From positions 1 through 64,000 of the forward strand of contig CAVPJD010000014.1 of the NCBI GenBank assembly GCA_963705165.1: a DNA stretch of 64,000 bases. The letters are read 5' to 3'. Made by a program: the position numbers and the translations under genes. Positions 20,191-31,307 of the stretch are shown in pieces. This stretch comes from an uncultured delta proteobacterium (GTDB lineage Bacteria > Desulfobacterota > Syntrophia > Syntrophales > UBA2192). Position 1 is the stretch's first letter; every line of letters starts with the position of its first letter. The notes under the pieces are model-generated. The model did not search any database. It had not been told where the DNA came from and was given only the letters and a program-made list of their open reading frames with translations.

Positions 20191-20221
20191 TAGACCTTTA
20201 CCCTTAAGCCTATGTGATTCC

Positions 20222-21190
20222 ATGATCCCGATTCGCGACCAGAACCAGTCAAAGAGCTACCCCGTCGTCACGCAGGGCATCATCGGCCTCAACGTGCTCG
20301 TGTTCCTGTATCAGATGATGCAGGGGGAGAATATCGAGCGGTTCATCTTCACCTACGGCCTCGTCCCTGCGCGCTTTTCCATGCCGGAGACGGCCCATAT
20401 CCCCTTCGGCGAACAGGCGTTCACCCTGCTGTCCTTCATGTTCCTACACGGGGGATTCTTTCACCTGCTCGGGAACATGTGGTCCCTCTACATCTTCGGA
20501 GACAACGTGGAAGACCGCATGGGCTCGACCCGGTTTCTTCTGTTCTATCTCCTGTGCGGCTGGGCGTCCGGGTTTGCGCACCTCTGGTCCAACTGGACAT
20601 CGACGGTGCCGACGATCGGAGCCAGCGGCGCCATCGCAGGGGTCATGGGGGCTTATCTCATCCTCTTCCCGAAGGCCCGGATCATCACGCTGATCCCCAT
20701 CTTCTTCATCCCCTATTTCATCGAAATCCCCGCGGTCGTCTTCCTGGGCATCTGGTTCTTGTTCCAGTTCTTTTACGCAGCCCTGCCGGGGCCCGCGGGC
20801 GGAGGCGGCATTGCCTGGTGGGCCCACATCGGGGGCTTTGTGTTCGGGATGATCGCCGTCAAGCTGTTCTCCCGCCTCCCGGAAAGCCGCATCGACGAGA
20901 AGCTCGGCGAAACCTTTGCGCGTCACTCCACGCCAAGACTTCAGCGCATCACGCCGGCAGCGGACAGCGACGACCTGGATCTCCACGGAACCGTAGTCAT
21001 CACCCCGAAGGAGGCCCGAAACGGCACCCGGAAAATGATCAGCGTCCCCGGCGATGCGGCCCGGCGGACCTTCATGGTCACGATTCCCCCTGAGACGGAA
21101 AGCGGCACGAGGATCCGGATGGCGGGGCTTGGCAGAAAGGAAGGCGATAGGTCCGGCGACATCTACCTGAAAATCTCGGTGGAGGGCTGA
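20222..21190 (+). CDS. Rhomboid intramembrane protease fused to a DnaJ C-terminal-like domain
   Basis: MFLHGGFFHLLGNM, GASGAIAG, AHIGGF; tail DLHGTVVITPKEA...VTIPP...GTRIRMAGLG...GDIYLKI. Confidence 0.88.
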   Translation: MIPIRDQNQSKSYPVVTQGIIGLNVLVFLYQMMQGENIERFIFTYGLVPARFSMPETAHIPFGEQAFTLLSFMFLHGGFFHLLGNMWSLYIFGDNVEDRMGSTRFLLFYLLCGWASGFAHLWSNWTSTVPTIGASGAIAGVMGAYLILFPKARIITLIPIFFIPYFIEIPAVVFLGIWFLFQFFYAALPGPAGGGGIAWWAHIGGFVFGMIAVKLFSRLPESRIDEKLGETFARHSTPRLQRITPAADSDDLDLHGTVVITPKEARNGTRKMISVPGDAARRTFMVTIPPETESGTRIRMAGLGRKEGDRSGDIYLKISVEG

Positions 21191-21193
21191 GCG

Positions 21194-21451
21194 ATGCAAG
21201 AGGAAAACTGGCAGGTCATCAGCACCACATCAGGGGTCATCAAGGCCCGCATCATCGAGGGAAGGCTCGAGGCGGAGGGAATACCGGTACGGCTGCAGTA
21301 TGAGCCGATCGGGGAAATCTATGCCATTACCGTCGACGGGCTGGGCGAGGTGCGAATCCTCGTGCCGGAACAATGGGCGGGGCACGCCCGGCGCGTCCTC
21401 GAAGTTCAGTACCGCGAAGAGGATATGGACTGGAAAGACAGTGGCCAGTGA
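21194..21451 (+). CDS. Small putative signal-transducing protein (DUF2007-like)
   Basis: A.II.GRLEAEGIPV...GLGEVRILVP pattern; starts 3 bp after rhomboid stop. Confidence 0.75.
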   Translation: MQEENWQVISTTSGVIKARIIEGRLEAEGIPVRLQYEPIGEIYAITVDGLGEVRILVPEQWAGHARRVLEVQYREEDMDWKDSGQ

Positions 21452-21489
21452 TCAGTGGCTAGTGTCCAGTGCAAGAGAAAAGAATTCCT

Positions 21490-21678
21490 ATGAAGGCTGT
21501 CATTCATGTTGACCTGAACGCAGAGCAGGCCGAAGATGTAAAAAGCATTTTGGAAGACGCCTGCAGAAAGCTTCAAGGATCGGGCTTGATCGCCGGCGAC
21601 TATCGTTTCGAGATCGAGACGCCGGATGGTCCCGTGACGGAGAGGTGCGTTCTCTCGGAGGGGAAGGTTATCGCCTGA
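21490..21678 (+). CDS. Hypothetical protein (62 aa)
   Basis: Short ORF continuing the same-strand cluster; protein-like composition. Confidence 0.55.
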   Translation: MKAVIHVDLNAEQAEDVKSILEDACRKLQGSGLIAGDYRFEIETPDGPVTERCVLSEGKVIA

Positions 21679-21826
21679 AAGGCATGACGCTGCCCCCTGG
21701 AAGGGGGTACAGGGTATCGGGTCAAGGGTTACAAGGGGAAAAGCGCATCTTGCTGCGAAGAGGGTCAGCCGCGAATAAACAACGGGATCCGTTCAGCTGT
21801 CTACCGCTGCGAAGCAGCGCCACCGG

Positions 21827-22846
21827 TCACTGGTCACTGAAGATGCCGGCCAGCTCAGTGCCGCAGTGATTGCATCGCGATCCTGCCAGATTGTACGCCC
21901 GGATGGCATATCCCTGCCGGCCGATGAGTAAATTCTTGCAAGAGGAACAATAGGTGTTGTCGCTTTCGCTTCCCGGGACGTTTCCGCTGTAGACATGCTT
22001 GAGGCCGGCCTTGCGGCCGATCTCCAGGGCCCGGTCGATGATCTTTGCCGGCGTCGGGGGAAGGCTCTGCACGCTGTATCGCGGGAAAAAGCGGCTGACG
22101 TGCCAGGGAACATCGTCGCCGAGAGATAGGACAAATGCGGCGATATCCCTCAGTTCGCCCTCGTCGTCATTCAGGGTGGGGATGACGAGCGTCGTTACCT
22201 CGACCCAGATCCCCCGCTTTTTCATCCCCTTCAGGGACTGCAGGACGGGCTCGAGGCGCGCCCCGCAGTGCCGCTTGTAGAAATCATCGCGGAAGGATTT
22301 GAGATCGACATTTGCCGCGTCCAGCCATGCGGAACCCGCCTCCAGGGCCTCTTCCGTCATAAACCCGTTCGTGACGAAGATGTTCTTCAGGCCTTCCTCG
22401 CGTGCAATGCGGCCCGTGTCATGGGCAAACTCGAAAAAGATCGTAGGTTCCGTGTAGGTGTAGGAAATCGATTTTGACGAGCTGTCGATGGCCCCCTTGA
22501 CGACCTCGCGGGGCGTCATCTCGCGGCCGGCGATCCGCCCGCTCTCCCGCGGCATCTGGGAGATCTCGTGGTTCTGGCAGAAGGTGCAGCTGAAGTTGCA
22601 GCCCACCGCGGCAATCGAGTAGGATTCGGAGCCGGGATAGAGGTGATAGATGGGTTTCTTCTCGATGGGGTCGACGCTTGCGGCAATGACGGGTCCGTAG
22701 ACCAGCGTGTAGAGAGTCCCTTCCCGGTTTTCCCTCACCCCGCAGATGCCCCGCTTTGAAGGGGCAATTTTGCAGCGATGACTGCAGAGGGCACAGCGGA
22801 CGTCGCCCCCTTCGAGTTTCTCATACAGCATCGCTTCCTTGATCAT
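21827..22846 (-). CDS. AmmeMemoRadiSam system radical SAM enzyme
   Basis: CALCSHRC...GICGVR, DPIEKKP, CNFSCTFCQN, YTYTEP and C-terminal Zn-ribbon Cys pairs. Confidence 0.9.
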   Translation of the reverse strand: MIKEAMLYEKLEGGDVRCALCSHRCKIAPSKRGICGVRENREGTLYTLVYGPVIAASVDPIEKKPIYHLYPGSESYSIAAVGCNFSCTFCQNHEISQMPRESGRIAGREMTPREVVKGAIDSSSKSISYTYTEPTIFFEFAHDTGRIAREEGLKNIFVTNGFMTEEALEAGSAWLDAANVDLKSFRDDFYKRHCGARLEPVLQSLKGMKKRGIWVEVTTLVIPTLNDDEGELRDIAAFVLSLGDDVPWHVSRFFPRYSVQSLPPTPAKIIDRALEIGRKAGLKHVYSGNVPGSESDNTYCSSCKNLLIGRQGYAIRAYNLAGSRCNHCGTELAGIFSDQ

Positions 22847-23035
22847 TGACAACCTCTCAAACAAGCTCAAACGGCAAATCCCCCTCTTTCCCCCAAGGCA
22901 GCTTCGCTGCAGGAATTGGTTGACTGGGTAATGGGTTGACTGGGCAAGAGCAGACAGCCTGCCCTGCGCGCCCTTTCTCCCTTATCAACCAGTCAACTTG
23001 TATGTTACCTAGCTCTTGTTCATGTGTTCATATAA

Positions 23036-23200
23036 GCAGCACTTGATGGTAAGAAGGAGAGTGCTGCGGTCGTGGCAGACCGACATCAACTTGGGTGAAC
23101 CCCGGTGATTAGCAAGGGTCGCCACGACCGATGCCCCTCAAGCCCGAACAGTTGTCAGGGACCTCTTGGAGGATCCCGCATCACTCGCAAGAACGGGATA
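23036..23200 (+). ncRNA. Putative IS110 bridge RNA
   Basis: 5' hairpin (23036-43/23060-67); stem 23067-76/23121-30 enclosing target guides; stem CCCG/CGGG (23143-46/23194-97) enclosing donor guides. Confidence 0.75.
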
Positions 23201-23201
23201 A

Positions 23202-24155
<954 letters not shown>

Positions 24156-24279
24156 ACTCTCAACTTGAAACACAGCTGCTAATCACCAGTTACAGCTGCG
24201 TAGCAGCTAATAGGGAACACAGGGGGATTTTCTTTGCCTTAAGCCTTTCGCCTTACGCCATATGCCCGGAGGCAGAGTA

Positions 24280-25278
24280 TCAGCCTCCGATCGTCGACAT
24301 CTCCCGCGCACATTTCCTGCGGCTGCAATCCTCGCCGGAGCCATCGGTGTGCTGGCCCCTGGGTTTGCCCATGATGGCCTGGCGGATGAGCTGTTCGAGA
24401 TCCTCGTCCTTGCATCCTTTCCTCAGAGGCGTCTTGAGGTCTGTCTCCCCGTCGACCATCAGGCAGGCGCGCAGCCCCCCGTCCGCCGTGAGCCGCAGCC
24501 GGTTGCAGGCGTGGCAGAAATTGTGGCTGATGGGGCTGATGAAGCCGATAACCCCCCGGGCGCCCTCGAGCCGGAAACGCCGGGCCGGGCCGTCGACGCT
24601 CTTCCCCTGCCTGCCGCCCTCGACGGGCAGGAGCCTGCCCACGCCTGCGATACGCTCCATCAACTCATCGTTGGAGACGTACTTGTCGGCGTTGTCGTTC
24701 TTGCCGCCAATCGGCATGAGCTCGATGAAGCGGATTTCATAGGGTTTTCCCATGGTGAGCCGGGCGAATTGGATTGCCTCGTCGTCATTGAAGCCCTTCA
24801 CGGTGACGACGTTGATCTTGATCGGGGAAAAACCGGCCCGATCGGCCAGCTCCAGTCCCCTCAGAACGGCGGCAAGGTCCCCGCCCCGGGTGATCCGGGT
24901 GTATTTCTCCGGATCGAGCGAATCGAGACTCACGTTGATCCGGCCGACGCCGGCTTTGCGGATCGGTTCGGCAAGGGATTCCAGGAGGATGCCGTTCGTG
25001 GTGAGGCTGATGTCTTCGAGGCCTAGTTTTCCGAGCGCGGCAAGAAACTCGGTGACGCCCCTTCTGACAAGCGGCTCGCCGCCCGTGACACGGACCTTCA
25101 CGATCCCGAGCTTTCTGGCGATGCGGATGATGCGGAGCATCTCCTCATAACTCAGGATATCCTCGTGTCCGATCAGCGACACGCCCTCCTTCGGCATGCA
25201 GTAGACGCAGCGCAGATTGCAGCGGTCGGTGATGGAAACCCGAAGGTAATTGATTTCTCTTTTGAATTTATCGAGCAT
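24280..25278 (-). CDS. moaA: GTP 3',8-cyclase MoaA
   Basis: YLRVSITDRCNLRCVYCMP, TGGEP, FCHACNRLRLTADG, terminal IGG. Confidence 0.96.
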   Translation of the reverse strand: MLDKFKREINYLRVSITDRCNLRCVYCMPKEGVSLIGHEDILSYEEMLRIIRIARKLGIVKVRVTGGEPLVRRGVTEFLAALGKLGLEDISLTTNGILLESLAEPIRKAGVGRINVSLDSLDPEKYTRITRGGDLAAVLRGLELADRAGFSPIKINVVTVKGFNDDEAIQFARLTMGKPYEIRFIELMPIGGKNDNADKYVSNDELMERIAGVGRLLPVEGGRQGKSVDGPARRFRLEGARGVIGFISPISHNFCHACNRLRLTADGGLRACLMVDGETDLKTPLRKGCKDEDLEQLIRQAIMGKPRGQHTDGSGEDCSRRKCAREMSTIGG

Positions 25279-25494
25279 GGCGAACCAAGCGGGGCCACCT
25301 CAGTCGGCCCCGCTGTGTCACTTCTAGCATAGGGTGGCTCGCGACGCAAGAAAGGAAACAGGGGATAAACTTCCCCAAAATCTCTTGACAGCCCCGTCAT
25401 TTGTGTGTAGAAGGAAGGCAAATATCCGTTATTGCCCCGAGGCACTGGCGGATATTTATTTTTTTGCCCGAGGAATCGCCCGGGAGGAGTTTCG

Positions 25495-25983
25495 ATGGAG
25501 AAAATGCCCATCACGAAAGCGGGGTTCGAGAAGCTGAAGAAGGAACTGGATCAGCTGAAGAGGGTGTTGATCCCCGAGAACATCAAGGCCATCGAGGAGG
25601 CGCGGGGGCATGGCGATATCTCGGAAAACGCCGAGTTCCAGTGCGCCAAGGAGCGTCAGTCCTTTCTCCACGGGCGCATGCAGGAAGTCGAGAACAGCCT
25701 CGCCACTTCGCAGATTGTGGAATTGAACGGCCTCACCGGCGACCGTGTCGTCTTCGGCACGACCGTTTCCATCGCCGATATCGGCACGGGAGATACGACC
25801 CGCTATCAGCTCGTCGGCCCTTACGAATCCGACGTATCGAACAATCGCATTTCCGTCACGTCCCCCATCGGCAAGGCCCTCATCGGCAAGAATGTCGGCG
25901 ACATCGTCCGCGTCAAGACGCCGGGCGGCGTCCGGGAGGTCGAGATCGTGGACATCGCTGTCGAAGAACAGGCGGACGCATAG
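25495..25983 (+). CDS. greA: Transcription elongation factor GreA
   Basis: ARGHGDISENAE, ISVTSPIGKALIGK; RBS GGAGG. Confidence 0.95.
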   Translation: MEKMPITKAGFEKLKKELDQLKRVLIPENIKAIEEARGHGDISENAEFQCAKERQSFLHGRMQEVENSLATSQIVELNGLTGDRVVFGTTVSIADIGTGDTTRYQLVGPYESDVSNNRISVTSPIGKALIGKNVGDIVRVKTPGGVREVEIVDIAVEEQADA

Positions 25984-26004
25984 CGAAATCCTTCCTCATG
26001 ACGC

Positions 26005-26043
26005 AAAAAGAGAGGGCGTGACGGCACGCCCTCTCTTTTTTTT
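26005..26043. terminator. Bidirectional intrinsic terminator between greA and the mrp cluster
   Basis: AAAAAGAGAGGGCGTG-ACGG-CACGCCCTCTCTTTTTTTT. Confidence 0.85.
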
Positions 26044-26056
26044 GCACATCCCTTCC

Positions 26057-27838
26057 CTACCAGACGAGCACCAGGATCGTCAGGATCGTCAGCAGCAGCA
26101 CCGCCCGCAGGACACCCTCTCCGACGGGATGAGCGCCGTGCTCGCAGCGTAACTCTGAAACGGACAGCTTGGACTTCATCCACTCGTGGTTGCCGACCAG
26201 CAGGGCCAGCGCGCGCAAACCCAGCCGCTGCAGGTTGCACTCCGGCCTCCGGAAGAACAGGGCCAGCCGTCGTGTCAGGCGTTGCGAGATGAGCTCGTCG
26301 GCCCAGCCGTTCAGGGTATTGAGCGTACCGTCTGCCAGGCGATAGAATACACGCGCCCCTTTCCGGTATACCCAATCGGCGTCCAGATTGACGGCACGGA
26401 TCTCGGCCGGATAGATTCCCGATAACAGCAACAGGGTAAATGCCAGCGCGGAGAAGAACAGCAGTTGGGTCTGGGAGATCACATGAGATGCCGTGTAGGG
26501 CTCATAATGGACCGTATACGGCAGCATCCCGTAGAGGGTTTCGGGGAAAGTGCCGATCCAGACGCACAGGACAGCGGCCAGTCCCATCGCCAGCAGCATG
26601 TGCAGCGGCGCTTCCTTGCAGCGGATGCCCGAGTCTTGCGAGAAAAAGGCAAAGAAAGGGATTTTGATCCCGGCGTGGTGAAATACGCCGGCCGAAGCAA
26701 AGAGCAGCAAAAACCAGATCAGGCGCATATCGCCCAGGGCAGCTGCCTCCATGACCATCGATTTGCTGACGAACCCGCTGAACAGCGGGAAGGCCGAAAT
26801 GGATGCCGCCCCAACGATGCAGAACGCGCAGGTCCAGGGCATCGACCGGTACAGCCCGCCCAGGTCCGTGGCGTTGATCTTTCCGGTCCGGAAAAGGACC
26901 GCTCCCATGGCCATGAACAGCAGCGCCTTGAACAGGATGTCGTTGAATGCGTGTGCGATCGCTCCGTTGAGCGCCAGCTGGGTGCCGATGCCGATGCCCA
27001 CGACCATGAAGCCGACCTGGTTGATGAGGCTGTAGGCAAGCACCCGCCGCAGGTCGTTTTCGATGACCGCGAAGAAGATCGGGAAGACCGTCATGGCGGC
27101 GCCGATCCAGATCAGGGCCTCGGTGCCGGGATAGGCCCGCGCCAGGGCGTACACGGCCGTTTTCGTGGTGAAGGCGGAGAGGATAACGGTGCCCGTGACG
27201 GTGGACTCGGGGTAAGCGTCGGTCAGCCAGGGATGCAGGAGCGGCCAGGCGCAGTTGACGCCGAAACCAATGAAAATGAGATAAGAGCGGAGATCGCCCA
27301 GGCCGATGAACTGAAAGGCAAGGCTGCCGGTCTGCTGCACCTGCAGCAGGATGCCGCCCAGCAGGCAGAGGCCGGAGGTCACATGCACCATGAAATATCG
27401 GAACCCCGCGGCCATCGCCCGTTCGGTGCGCCGCGCCATGATCAGGAAGGTGGCGCTGATCGTGAGCATTTCCCAGAACACGAACAGCGTGAACAGGTCG
27501 CCGGCAAAGACGGCGCCGATGGCGGCCCCGGCACTGACGAGTCCCGCCCCGACCTGAACCCGGTCTTCGACGCGCAGGGCGTAGAGGTTGGCGATGAAGG
27601 TCACGAGGTGAAAAATGTACCCGAAAATCAGGCTCAGCCGGTCGACGTGGGCCAGCACCAGCTCCTGGCGAAAAAACGGCAGGACAAAGAGATCCCCTTC
27701 CGGCAGTCCCAGCAGATTGGCGAAGCTGAGCACGGGAAGCAGAAGCATCCAGGCCTGGCGCAGGCGGCCGCGCAGCAGGACCGCCGGTACGGCGCCCAGG
27801 ATCAGGATCAGTCCGGGGGGGATGGCGCTATTGATCAT
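26057..27838 (-). CDS. Mrp Na+/H+ antiporter subunit D-like (third antiporter-like subunit)
   Basis: FVFWE, PLLHPWLTDAYP, SAFTTKT, LRRVLAYS, SGFVSK. Confidence 0.88.
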   Translation of the reverse strand: MINSAIPPGLILILGAVPAVLLRGRLRQAWMLLLPVLSFANLLGLPEGDLFVLPFFRQELVLAHVDRLSLIFGYIFHLVTFIANLYALRVEDRVQVGAGLVSAGAAIGAVFAGDLFTLFVFWEMLTISATFLIMARRTERAMAAGFRYFMVHVTSGLCLLGGILLQVQQTGSLAFQFIGLGDLRSYLIFIGFGVNCAWPLLHPWLTDAYPESTVTGTVILSAFTTKTAVYALARAYPGTEALIWIGAAMTVFPIFFAVIENDLRRVLAYSLINQVGFMVVGIGIGTQLALNGAIAHAFNDILFKALLFMAMGAVLFRTGKINATDLGGLYRSMPWTCAFCIVGAASISAFPLFSGFVSKSMVMEAAALGDMRLIWFLLLFASAGVFHHAGIKIPFFAFFSQDSGIRCKEAPLHMLLAMGLAAVLCVWIGTFPETLYGMLPYTVHYEPYTASHVISQTQLLFFSALAFTLLLLSGIYPAEIRAVNLDADWVYRKGARVFYRLADGTLNTLNGWADELISQRLTRRLALFFRRPECNLQRLGLRALALLVGNHEWMKSKLSVSELRCEHGAHPVGEGVLRAVLLLTILTILVLVW

Positions 27839-28097
27839 AATACCCCTCGTCGCGCATGACGATCGGCCGCAACACGTGTTTTGCGGCCAGCACAAGGGCT
27901 ACGCAGGCAACAAAACCGAACACGGCATAAAAGCCGAACCATCCCTCCCAGGGGAATATCGCGTGCCGGTGATAAATGAGATCGACGAGCAACAGGAACC
28001 CCACACTGGTAAAGAACGTCACGAGCAGCCGTTTGACGTTTCGCGGGTTGTCAAACAGGGCGGCTTTCTCATCCCTGCCGTCCGTGTGTTTTTCCAT
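27828..28097 (-). CDS. Small 2-TM membrane protein of the Mrp cluster
   Basis: FDNPRNVKR...GFYAVFGFVAC...MRDEGYYD; overlaps the next gene. Confidence 0.8.
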   Translation of the reverse strand: MEKHTDGRDEKAALFDNPRNVKRLLVTFFTSVGFLLLVDLIYHRHAIFPWEGWFGFYAVFGFVACVALVLAAKHVLRPIVMRDEGYYDQ

Positions 28098-28111
28098 GAT
28101 GAAACCCTCCG

Positions 28112-28252
28112 TTACAGAGTCTTGGCCAGGATGACGATCAGGTAAACAACACCCAGGGCAAGACAGATGTAGAACGCCGGTCGATAGCCATCGACCGGTT
28201 CATGGCCGAGAATCCTCTTTTCCCCGTGCGGCTCTTGTGCGTTGTTGCTCAT
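28112..28252 (-). CDS. 46 aa single-TM protein within the Mrp cluster (not in ORF track)
   Basis: MSNNAQEPHGEKRILGHEPVDGYRPAFYICLALGVVYLIVILAKTL; GGAG RBS; fills the operon gap. Confidence 0.7.
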   Translation of the reverse strand: MSNNAQEPHGEKRILGHEPVDGYRPAFYICLALGVVYLIVILAKTL

Positions 28253-28286
28253 GCGTTGTCTCCACTCATGCGGATCCGGAGCCCCG

Positions 28287-29756
28287 TCATGGGGATACGA
28301 CCAGCTGAATCAGGTCCAGAAAAAGCGTCGGCCAGACAAACAGCGCCAGGCAGAACAGCGCCGTGATGCTCAGCGGGATCAGGCACAAAAGCGGCGCTTC
28401 CCGTACCTCCCCCTGACCGTTCCCGTATGCAGACGGTGCAAAGATACCGCGGTAGACAATCGGGAAGAAATAGGCTGCATTGAGCATGGAGCTGACCAGA
28501 ACCACCGCAACGAGCAGCAGCTGGCCTCCGTCGATGGCCCCGATCACCATGCTCCACTTGCTCAAAAAGCCTCCCATGGGCGGCATGCCGATAATCGACA
28601 GCGACGCGAGGAAGAAGGCCGCGTAGGTGACCGGCATCCGGCGGCCCAGGCCGTCCATCTCGCTGATGTTGCTCTTGTGGGCGGCGATGTAAATCGCGCC
28701 GGCGCAGAGGAACAGGGTGATCTTGCCGAAGGCGTGCATGGACAGGTGCAGCAGCCCGCCCGTCATCCCGGCCGCCGTCAGCATCCCCGCCCCGAGGATC
28801 ATGTAGGAGAGCTGCCCGATCGTCGAGTAGGCCAGCCGCCGCTTGAGATTGTCCTGGGTGAGGGCCATGAGCGATGCCACGATGATCGTAACGGACGCCA
28901 GGGTGGTCAGGACCACGCCCAGATTGAGCTCTGCAAGCAGGCCCGTGCCGAAGACGAAAAACACCATTCGCAGGATGGAGAAGACCCCGACCTTGACGAC
29001 GGCAACGCCGTGCAGGAAGCTGCTGACCGGCGTGGGGGCCACCATCGCGGCCGGCAGCCATCCGTGCAGCGGCATGACGGCTGCCTTGGCGAACCCGAAC
29101 ACGAGAAGCACCAGCAGAATCGACACGATCGACGCGTCGGCCCTGCCCGCCAGGATCCCGCCCGCGGTGAAGTCGAGCGTGCCGGTCAGCGTGTAGATCA
29201 GGATCATCGCCGGCAGCGTGAAGGCGACAGACGTGCCGAGCAGGTACGTCAGGTATTTCCGGCCTGCGGAGCGCGCCTCGGCGTCCTGCTTGTGCGTCAC
29301 CAGCGGGTAGGTCGACAGGGACAGCATCTCGTAGAAGAGATACAGCGTGAGCAGGTTCGCGGAAAACGCGACGCCGACGGTCGCCGACATGGCAACCGCG
29401 AACGAGGCATAGTAGCGCGTCTGGTCGTGCTCGTCGAGGGCGCGCATGTACCCGATCGAGTAGATCGAGGTCAGGATCCAGAGAAAGGACGCCACCAGGG
29501 CAAAATACATCCCCATGGCATCCACCCGCAGGGCGATCGCCACCCCCGGGAGTACCTCCGCCAGGGTGAACCGGTAGCCGCCGCCTTCCAGCACGGCCGG
29601 CAGCATGGAAGCGACGATGGTGAACTTGCCCAGGGAGATGAGCACCGTCCAGGCTTCCCGCAGATTCGGTCGTCGATCCGACAGCAGGATCAGCACCGCC
29701 CCAAGCAGGGAAATCAGGACCGCCGCAAGCGGCCAGGTTGAAGGTTCAAGATTCAT
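28287..29756 (-). CDS. Mrp subunit D-family protein
   Basis: LFYEML, MPLHGWLPAAMVAPTPVS, LKRRLAYST, GMPPMGGFLSK. Confidence 0.9.
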   Translation of the reverse strand: MNLEPSTWPLAAVLISLLGAVLILLSDRRPNLREAWTVLISLGKFTIVASMLPAVLEGGGYRFTLAEVLPGVAIALRVDAMGMYFALVASFLWILTSIYSIGYMRALDEHDQTRYYASFAVAMSATVGVAFSANLLTLYLFYEMLSLSTYPLVTHKQDAEARSAGRKYLTYLLGTSVAFTLPAMILIYTLTGTLDFTAGGILAGRADASIVSILLVLLVFGFAKAAVMPLHGWLPAAMVAPTPVSSFLHGVAVVKVGVFSILRMVFFVFGTGLLAELNLGVVLTTLASVTIIVASLMALTQDNLKRRLAYSTIGQLSYMILGAGMLTAAGMTGGLLHLSMHAFGKITLFLCAGAIYIAAHKSNISEMDGLGRRMPVTYAAFFLASLSIIGMPPMGGFLSKWSMVIGAIDGGQLLLVAVVLVSSMLNAAYFFPIVYRGIFAPSAYGNGQGEVREAPLLCLIPLSITALFCLALFVWPTLFLDLIQLVVSP

Positions 29757-29810
29757 TTCAGATCGACATCCCAAAGGGCCTGTTTTTCTTAATCACTTGC
29801 GGGTCACCCA

Positions 29811-31307
29811 TCAGAACCCGCCCGGCACGGCGAAGCGGATCACGTGCTTCACGAGCGGCCCTGTCGCCAGACCGACCCCGATCAGCGCCGCGGCTGCCAG
29901 CACGAGCGGCTGCAGCATCGCCGCAGGCGCCTCGCGCACCTGCACGGCCACTTGGCCCGTCCCGGACGTACCCGCATCGGGCGTCCGGAAGTAGGCGATC
30001 TCGATGACCCGGAAGAACAGCACGGCGTTCACGAGGCTGCTGAAGATCAGCGCTCCCACGTAGAGCCACTGCCCCGCCTCGATGCCGCCGAGGAGCAGGT
30101 ACCACTTGCTGAAGAACCCGCAGGTGGGCGGCACGCCGATCATGGACAGGGCGGCAACGACCAGGGCCGCCATGGTCACCGGCATGCGCCGGGTCAGCCC
30201 GCGGAGATTCTCGAAGCCGAGATCCCCCACCCGGGAGGCGATGGCCGAGACGGCCAGGAACAGGCACAGCGTCATAAGCGCGTCGTTGACGATGTGGAGG
30301 ATCGCCCCGGTCATGCCCTGCGCATTGGCCAGCCACACGCCGCCGACCATGTAGCCGACCTCGGCGATGATGAGGTACGTCAGCATCCGCCGCAGGTCCT
30401 TCTGCCCGAGGGCCATGGCCGAGGCGCAGACGATCCCCACGGCCGCCACCCCCACGACGATCGGCTGCACCGCCGCGTGCTGGATGAACTCGTAGGCCGG
30501 GGAGAAGATCGAGAACATGAACCGGATCATCAGGTAGATCGTGACCTTCGTCATGAGCGGCGCGACCAGCACCGCGGCGCCGTCGGGCATGTCGGAGTAG
30601 GCGTTGGGCAGCCAGACGTGCAGCGGGAAGAAGGCCATCTTGATCCACAGGCCGACGATGCAGAAGGAAAAGGCCGTGGCCAGGGCGGGCCCGCTCTCGA
30701 GCGTCGGGATGATCCTCGCCAGGTCGGCCATGTTCAGCGTGCCCGTGAGGATGTAGAGGTAGCCGATGCCCAGCAGGTAGAAGCAGGCCCCCGTGGAGCC
30801 CATGATGACGTAGTTGAAGCTCGAGACGATGGCGCGCCCGCGCCCCAGGGCGATGAGCCCGTAGGCCGTGATCGAGGTGATCTCCAGGAGCACGTAGACG
30901 TTGAAGGCATCCGCCGTCAGCACAAGCCCGTGCAGGCCGGCAATGAGGATCAGGTACAGGGTGAAAAACAGGTGCTGACGGTCCTCCAGGTCGTTGGCTA
31001 CGCTCTTCACCGCCGAGACGCTGGCCGTGAGTGCCACGCCGGCAACCAGCAGCTGCATGAGCGAGCCCAGGTGATCGACGGAGAGCTCGATCCCGTAGGG
31101 GGCGAGCCAGTTGCCGACGACGTAGCGGAACCCGCCGCTGCTCAGCACCTGCAGAAAGACGGCCAGCGCCGCCGCAAACGAGAAGGACAGCACCCCCAGA
31201 ACCATGGGGGCCACAGCCCGCCTGGAATACCGCCCCACGACCATGACCGCGAAGGCTCCGATCAGGGGGGCCGCAAGGGCGTACATGTGCAGGTTGGTGG
31301 TGCTCAC
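29811..31307 (-). CDS. mrpD: Mrp subunit D-family protein
   Basis: DAFNVYVLLEI, FPLHVWLPNAY, GVPPTCGFFSKW. Confidence 0.88.
   Translation of the reverse strand: MSTTNLHMYALAAPLIGAFAVMVVGRYSRRAVAPMVLGVLSFSFAAALAVFLQVLSSGGFRYVVGNWLAPYGIELSVDHLGSLMQLLVAGVALTASVSAVKSVANDLEDRQHLFFTLYLILIAGLHGLVLTADAFNVYVLLEITSITAYGLIALGRGRAIVSSFNYVIMGSTGACFYLLGIGYLYILTGTLNMADLARIIPTLESGPALATAFSFCIVGLWIKMAFFPLHVWLPNAYSDMPDGAAVLVAPLMTKVTIYLMIRFMFSIFSPAYEFIQHAAVQPIVVGVAAVGIVCASAMALGQKDLRRMLTYLIIAEVGYMVGGVWLANAQGMTGAILHIVNDALMTLCLFLAVSAIASRVGDLGFENLRGLTRRMPVTMAALVVAALSMIGVPPTCGFFSKWYLLLGGIEAGQWLYVGALIFSSLVNAVLFFRVIEIAYFRTPDAGTSGTGQVAVQVREAPAAMLQPLVLAAAALIGVGLATGPLVKHVIRFAVPGGF

Noticed and set aside
20085..20210. Repeat arrays as a possible CRISPR
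   Set aside because: Units are 7 bp and contiguous, with no unique spacers and no cas genes
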